A stretch of DNA of 11,983 nt, from the NCBI GenBank assembly GCA_027064425.1, contig JAMOPO010000025.1:1-11983 (forward strand). Direction: 5' to 3'. This document shows, piece by piece, positions 7,492 through 11,983 of this stretch (position 1 is its first letter; each line of letters begins with the position of its first letter). The notes beneath the pieces were generated by a model. That model was not told the origin of the DNA. It made no database searches and was given only the letters and a program-made list of their open reading frames with translations. The position numbers and the translations under genes were made by a program. The stretch is from Methanobacteriota archaeon. GTDB lineage: Archaea > JAADCQ01 > Methanopyri > Methanopyrales > Methanopyraceae.

Positions 7492-7517
7492 ATTATTGGG
7501 TCATTCGGGGAGGGAAC

Positions 7518-8111
7518 ATGAGGGGCCTGAGGCTCGTTGCGGCGGCCCTGATTGGCTGGCTGTGGTGCGCCGTGGCATGGTCGGCGGTGAATCCCAGGTA
7601 CGTCATTCACGACGGAAAGGTGACGTACCCGTGGCTTCGGGACGGCTTCCGGACGCTGGAGATGCCCGTGGTCATGGGACCGGTGACGGACACCTGGGTC
7701 CCCTGGAGGGTCGTACAGGCGTCGGAGTGGCTGATCTGGGGGTGGTTGGAGGCGGGACCCGATCGTCTCGCGTTGGGGCCCTTGACGTACCGGTCGAGCG
7801 GGAGCTGGGCCAAGCTGATGAGGGCGTCGGAGGGTACCAGAGTGTCGGGGTACGGGCTGAAGTCCGGGGATTCCGACCTGATTTTTCGGGGCTTCCTAGT
7901 GGACAGGGGAGGTAGGTGGCTCGTCCTGTTGTGCCCGGGCGGTCCGGTCCTGGTGCTCGGTGGGAAGATCAGGGAGTGGCGGGTGTTCGGGGAGGTTTAC
8001 GTGTCGCTCCGGAGGGGGATGGTGATCGCCGTCCTGCCAGAGCGCGTGTTCTGGGGAGTGCATGTTTGGAAACCGAGCTTGCGATTGTCCTCATTGGGTT
8101 TACCGCCCTGA
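7518..8111 (+). CDS. Family A member A2: membrane-anchored/secreted, Trp-rich protein of unknown function, 197 aa
   Basis: ATG 7518 behind GGGGAGGG, a signal-like N-terminus (MRGLRLVAAALIGWLWCAVAWSA) and collinear motifs with A1. Confidence 0.78.
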   Translation: MRGLRLVAAALIGWLWCAVAWSAVNPRYVIHDGKVTYPWLRDGFRTLEMPVVMGPVTDTWVPWRVVQASEWLIWGWLEAGPDRLALGPLTYRSSGSWAKLMRASEGTRVSGYGLKSGDSDLIFRGFLVDRGGRWLVLLCPGGPVLVLGGKIREWRVFGEVYVSLRRGMVIAVLPERVFWGVHVWKPSLRLSSLGLPP

Positions 8112-10252
8112 TGCTGGGCCCGATGATCTGGGACTGCTGCGTTAACGCCGGCGCTTCCCCGGCGGACATGGACCTGGCCGTTCAGGCTGTGAAAACGTAC
8201 CTGATCAGCCGTCACGGACTCGCCGGCGGCGACTGGGATCCTCACTCGTACCTGGGCCGGCCGCCGCTGGTCAACTACCCTGTGGTCCCGTTCTTACTCC
8301 CCGCGCTGCTCTCTAGGTGCGTCGACCCGGCCCTCGCGTGCTCGATCTCCGAGTACGTGTACAGGATGCTGCCCGTGTTGGTCTGGGCCGCGCTCAGGCT
8401 GGCCGGAGCGGACTCCCGCGGGTCTCTAGGGGCGCTGATCGTCTATTTGGTTCTGTATCCGATCTACCTGCTGCACAATGCCACTTACGTGCGGGTGGCC
8501 ACGACGCTGGCGTACTGCGCGTTCACGACCGCTGTGATCGTATGGTACTCAAACCTTGGACGCAGACTTCGGACCGCAACCTCCGCCGCGCTGCTCTACG
8601 TCGCGCTCCTGTCAAATTTCATCTATATCCTACTCCCGGCGGCGGCGTTCGCGCTCCTGGAGTCCCGCACGCTCTTCCCACCGATCCTGTCCGCGACCCC
8701 GGTCCTGTATCTGGCGTACGAGTTCGGCAAACTGAGCTTCAGCAACGTGCCCGCCTCGTGCCACTTCACCTACACGATCCTGGACAAAGGGACGACGATG
8801 ATCCTCGGGCTCCTGTCCGGCCTTGCCGTCCTGACGCTGCTCATCAGCCTATTGGACTCACGCTCGGCGGTGCTGTCGCTGGGGACGGGAGCCTGCCTGG
8901 CGACGCTCGCCGGATGGTGCATGGTATCCCCCGGGCTGGAGAAGCTCATGATCGGGTCGGCGAAGGTGCTCACGCAGCTCGACCTGCAACGGCTCCCAAT
9001 CATCCCCTCGTTGACGCTCACGATCGGGGTGGCAAGGGTGAGCCGCAAACGGTCGCTTCCTCCGACGTGGGCGCTGATCGGCCTCCCGCCGGTCTGCCTC
9101 ACGGCCATTGGATCGGCGGCGCTTCCATGGGTGAGCCTGCCCAGCCTGATCGCAGGGGTCTATGACGGGCACGAGCAGCGGGTCTTCGTGGCCGGCACGG
9201 CCGACGCCTTGTTCCCGTGGAAGGACGGGAGGCTGGGCATGTCACTGATGGGAGCCTTCCATCAGGGGCTTCCGGAACCGGCGTTGAGGGTGCTCACGGC
9301 CACGTACTTCCCGCTGGGCACGATGGCGGGTGGGTTCAGCGACTACTCTCATCGACCGGGTTACAACCAGCCCTTCAGCCTAGAGTTAACCCGGAAGCTC
9401 CTCGACATACTCCCCACCGGCCGCGTGGAGGTGATGGTGGAGCCTGCGGCCTTGCACGGGCCATGCGACGTGAAGGGAGTGCCAGAGGTCCGGTCACGGG
9501 TGAGCCTAAGGGACGCCCTGCCCGTCGATCGCGTTCGGGTCCTTTACGTGGGCTCGTTCACGGACTACAGTTACCTGTGGTTGAATGTGGTGCGGTGCGC
9601 GCCCGCGGGCTACTTCCCCGTAATCCCCTGCCTCCGCCCCTACGATCTCAAGCACCACCAGCAGCTCGACGTGACCAGGTACTGGACGGGGGACGTCCTT
9701 GTCGTTGACCCCGGGGCTCTTCAACACCCGGGCCTGAGGCGGCTGGTGAAGCGCGCTAGGATCGTTGTCGTCGCGCACTCGTCGCCGGCCCTGGATCGCG
9801 CGGACGTGAAGGACGTCGTCCGGCTCGTGAGAAAGTGCGGTAAGCGGCCCATCGTGCTGGGACCCGTCCACAGACCGATCGCGCCTCGGGCTCTGCGACC
9901 CCTGATGCGGTCACTGGTTCACTGGGACGGGTGCAAGGTGAAGGGCGCCGTGCACCTGGCGGCGAACGACAGGATGGTCGTGGACGGGGTAAGGTCACGC
10001 CTGGCCGTCATCCCGTGGGCGTGGGCGCCGTTTTGGGCGGTGAACGGGCGGGAGGGTGAGGCGTGCCCGGTCGGCCCGTACATGCTCGTCAGGACCGGAG
10101 GCAAACCCGCCCACCTACACTACGTCGCCTGGGAACGATACCAGTCCCGAGCCTACCTTTGCTCCGCCCTCCTTTTCATCGGCCTCACCGCGGCGGCAGT
10201 GATGCTCAGCAGCGCAAGGAGCAGGCTGAAGGGGGCCGTCGGCCTGTCGTAG
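8066..10252 (+). CDS. Family B member B2: YfhO/PF10131-like polytopic membrane protein (predicted GT-C glycosyltransferase), 728 aa
   Basis: Start re-called at TTG 8066 (GGGGAG at 8053-8058), matching the B1 start position. Full-length paralog of B1: DCC, MDL, KTYLI, DWDPxSYLGRxPLVNYP, YVRxATT, QLD, FPW, GAFxQG, FSDY, YNQ. Confidence 0.72.
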   Translation: METELAIVLIGFTALMLGPMIWDCCVNAGASPADMDLAVQAVKTYLISRHGLAGGDWDPHSYLGRPPLVNYPVVPFLLPALLSRCVDPALACSISEYVYRMLPVLVWAALRLAGADSRGSLGALIVYLVLYPIYLLHNATYVRVATTLAYCAFTTAVIVWYSNLGRRLRTATSAALLYVALLSNFIYILLPAAAFALLESRTLFPPILSATPVLYLAYEFGKLSFSNVPASCHFTYTILDKGTTMILGLLSGLAVLTLLISLLDSRSAVLSLGTGACLATLAGWCMVSPGLEKLMIGSAKVLTQLDLQRLPIIPSLTLTIGVARVSRKRSLPPTWALIGLPPVCLTAIGSAALPWVSLPSLIAGVYDGHEQRVFVAGTADALFPWKDGRLGMSLMGAFHQGLPEPALRVLTATYFPLGTMAGGFSDYSHRPGYNQPFSLELTRKLLDILPTGRVEVMVEPAALHGPCDVKGVPEVRSRVSLRDALPVDRVRVLYVGSFTDYSYLWLNVVRCAPAGYFPVIPCLRPYDLKHHQQLDVTRYWTGDVLVVDPGALQHPGLRRLVKRARIVVVAHSSPALDRADVKDVVRLVRKCGKRPIVLGPVHRPIAPRALRPLMRSLVHWDGCKVKGAVHLAANDRMVVDGVRSRLAVIPWAWAPFWAVNGREGEACPVGPYMLVRTGGKPAHLHYVAWERYQSRAYLCSALLFIGLTAAAVMLSSARSRLKGAVGLS
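9545..9687 (+). repeat. Direct repeat tract 1, copy b
   Basis: Identical to 6004-6146. Confidence 0.97.
10008..10156 (+). repeat. Direct repeat tract 2, copy b
   Basis: Identical to 6458-6606. Confidence 0.97.
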
Positions 10253-11676
10253 CGCACGCGTCCGTTGAGGACCATCAGGCCGGCCGGTCCCGGCCGGCGG
10301 TGGGAGTGAGGCTTCCACCAGGGGCTGAACGACTGGGCCACTAGCCCGTGGCCGGAGAGCGTCCTGGGGGTTAGTACGAGGGGCTCCGAGACGGGCTTGA
10401 TGCCGTTCAAACGGGACCACTCGTACGCGAGGGTGAGCTGGTCGGAGGACTGAGCAGCCAGGTGTCCGGGGGACACGATCCTCAGGATCTTCAGCTTTAG
10501 CTGCAGCACCCTCGGTTCCACGCTCGAGGACGGGGTGAAAGCCACGTACCGCGAGTCCCCGACCTGAGTCATCAGGATGGCGAACGTGGCCGTCGCGGGC
10601 GTCGTGGACAGGAACGGCGGATTCACCACCGGTCGCCCGCGGAGCACGTGGTGGACAACCTCCGTGAACCACGGGTCGCTCGAGACCACCGCGACGGCGC
10701 TTCCCGACCCGACGGTGACGGAGCCGGCGATCGTCATCCTGGGCTTCGCCAGATACGAGAGCTCGGCCATGTTGAGCGGGATGAACGTCAGCGACATCAG
10801 CGCGGCGGAGGCCAGGACCCGTCGATGCCTCCGCTCCAGCCCGGCTAGCACGGAGTCGGCGTACCGGAGGGCCTCCGATAGGGCCAGAACGTACGGGAAC
10901 GCCAACCCCATGACGAGTCCGGGATGAAGGAGGGAAGCCGCGGCCAGGACGCAGGCCAGCAGCGCAGGTGCTTTCCACCGGGTCCCGAGCGCACGGTGCA
11001 GCAGGTAGCCCAGGGTTACCGTCACCGCAAGGGACACTGAGATACCCAGGCAGTACGCGATCGTCAACGGGCTCAGGATGGCGGATGTCGCCATCCGGTT
11101 TATCGACTCGGCGAGGTACGAAGCGAGGTCGTCGGCGGTGCACGCGAGGGAGGCGATCAGCGGCCACGGGGATGGAGATCGTAGCGCGAGCTCCACGCAC
11201 AGGGCCAACTCCGGCAGGGCAAGGGATCCCAGGGTCCTTCGGGCGGGCGAGCCCGTCGCCAGCCCGGCCAGGTAACAGACGACGAGCGCGGGAGCGGGGT
11301 GTAGGGTGTAAGCGACGGCGGCCAGCGAGGGTAGCGCCAGGGTCGCGGCCAGGAGGCGGGAGCGAAAGGCCAGGTACGTGCACAGGGAGACGGCGAGGAC
11401 GGCCAGCAGGGTCGTCGATCGGCCGAGCCCGTAGAGCAGGTAGTACGGGGTGGGGGACAGCGGGTACCCGCCACCTAAGTAAGGGTTCCACTCCGGGAGC
11501 TCGTGCGCCCTGAGGCTCTCGGCGACCGCCTTGAGGTTCGCCACCCCGGAGGCGTAGACGTAGGGGAAGAGGGGAACGCGGAGTGGGACCAGGGCCAAGA
11601 AGATCAAGACCAGGCTTGCCATCGAGCCCAGCGCGATGGCGTCGACGTGCCTCCGGGTCGGGAAAGGCACCGGCAT
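10153..11676 (-). CDS. Family B distant member B3: shortened YfhO/PF10131-like polytopic membrane protein, 507 aa
   Basis: TM, then LPEWNPYLGGGYPLSPTPYYLLY (W[ND]PY..G.P loop), many TMs, a soluble domain and a C-terminal SFSPWWK...GPAGLMVL...VRY plus final TM that parallels the B1/B2 end. Confidence 0.68.
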   Translation of the reverse strand: MPVPFPTRRHVDAIALGSMASLVLIFLALVPLRVPLFPYVYASGVANLKAVAESLRAHELPEWNPYLGGGYPLSPTPYYLLYGLGRSTTLLAVLAVSLCTYLAFRSRLLAATLALPSLAAVAYTLHPAPALVVCYLAGLATGSPARRTLGSLALPELALCVELALRSPSPWPLIASLACTADDLASYLAESINRMATSAILSPLTIAYCLGISVSLAVTVTLGYLLHRALGTRWKAPALLACVLAAASLLHPGLVMGLAFPYVLALSEALRYADSVLAGLERRHRRVLASAALMSLTFIPLNMAELSYLAKPRMTIAGSVTVGSGSAVAVVSSDPWFTEVVHHVLRGRPVVNPPFLSTTPATATFAILMTQVGDSRYVAFTPSSSVEPRVLQLKLKILRIVSPGHLAAQSSDQLTLAYEWSRLNGIKPVSEPLVLTPRTLSGHGLVAQSFSPWWKPHSHRRPGPAGLMVLNGRVRYDRPTAPFSLLLALLSITAAAVRPMKRRAEQR

Positions 11677-11708
11677 CCCCCCGGCGGGTCCGCGCCCGCG
11701 TCGATGCC

Positions 11709-11716
11709 TTTATTAA
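11709..11716. promoter_or_regulatory. Candidate TATA box, possibly bidirectional, between B3 and carB
   Basis: TTTATTAA (+) / TTAATAAA (-) is the only AT-rich tract in the 70-bp divergent gap, about 30 nt from each start codon. Confidence 0.55.
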
Positions 11717-11746
11717 CGTGCGCCGCTAGTGCTGGAGCGGGTTCTG

Positions 11747-11983
11747 TTGCCCGAGACCCCCGATAAGGTCCTGATCATCGGGTCGGGCCCGATCGTCGTC
11801 GGTCAGGCGGCGGAGTTCGACTACTCTGGTTCTCAGGCGTGCAAGGCGCTGCGGGAAGAGGGCGTCGAGGTCGTTCTGGTGAACAGCAACCCGGCGACGA
11901 TCATGACGGATCCGAACATGGCGGACCGCGTCTACATCGAGCCGTTGGACGCGCGGATCGTGGCCAAGGTGATCGAGAAGGAG
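11747..11983 (+). CDS. carB: Carbamoyl-phosphate synthase large subunit, 5' part; runs off the right edge
   Basis: TTG 11747 gives [66 protein letters not shown], the canonical CarB N-terminus. GGAGCGGG upstream. Confidence 0.97.
   Translation, partial: MPETPDKVLIIGSGPIVVGQAAEFDYSGSQACKALREEGVEVVLVNSNPATIMTDPNMADRVYIEPLDARIVAKVIEKE

Noticed and set aside
6004-10156. Repeats as a diversity-generating retroelement TR/VR pair
   Set aside because: The copies are fully identical with no adenine-specific mismatches, both lie inside coding paralogs, and no reverse transcriptase is in the window.
6004-10156. Repeats as a CRISPR array, IS ends or prophage att sites
   Set aside because: Only two copies each, about 145 bp long and in-frame coding; no spacers, terminal inverted repeats, transposase or integrase seen.
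4836-11513. Long alternative-frame ORFs (4836..5720, 5638..6564, 8317..9165, 10115..11491, 10968..11513 and others)
   Set aside because: Mostly Arg/Pro/Gly-rich shadow ORFs expected in high-GC DNA, nested in supported genes. The shared peptides of 6282..6554 and 9919..10104 just reflect the identical tracts.
1-11983. tRNA, rRNA or C/D-box sRNA genes
   Set aside because: Intergenic gaps are 70 bp or less, and I found no cloverleaf or convincingly spaced RUGAUGA/CUGA pair; isolated TGATGA hits lie inside coding sequence. Not excluded without a covariance-model search.

Overview
GC-rich, almost gap-free archaeal window. The acidic cytoplasmic proteins, TTG/GTG starts, GGGGGAG/GGTGA ribosome-binding sites and orphan Arg/Val/Pro-rich membrane proteins resemble Methanopyrus (inference). 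It is bounded on the left by the 5' part of a phosphohexomutase (glmM/PMM family, - strand) and on the right by the 5' end of carB. A tightly coupled + strand run encodes a GtrA-family flippase, a GlmS-like double-SIS protein, an NDP-sugar pyrophosphorylase and two orphan membrane proteins, and leads into an expanded cluster of two paralog families. Family 'A' has three small membrane-anchored exported proteins (3926-4540 +, 6680-7459 -, 7518-8111 +). Family 'B' has three polytopic membrane proteins with YfhO/PF10131 (predicted GT-C glycosyltransferase)-like motifs (4489-6732 +, 8066-10252 +, 10153-11676 -). B1 and B2 are highly diverged yet share two 100% identical DNA tracts (143 bp and 149 bp) flanking a diverged ~105-codon segment, pointing to recent gene conversion or cassette exchange. 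Best reading: a candidate archaeal lipid-carrier transmembrane glycosylation locus with diversifying GT-C-like transferases and dedicated partner proteins. Family calls come from motif recognition by eye, not from database searches.
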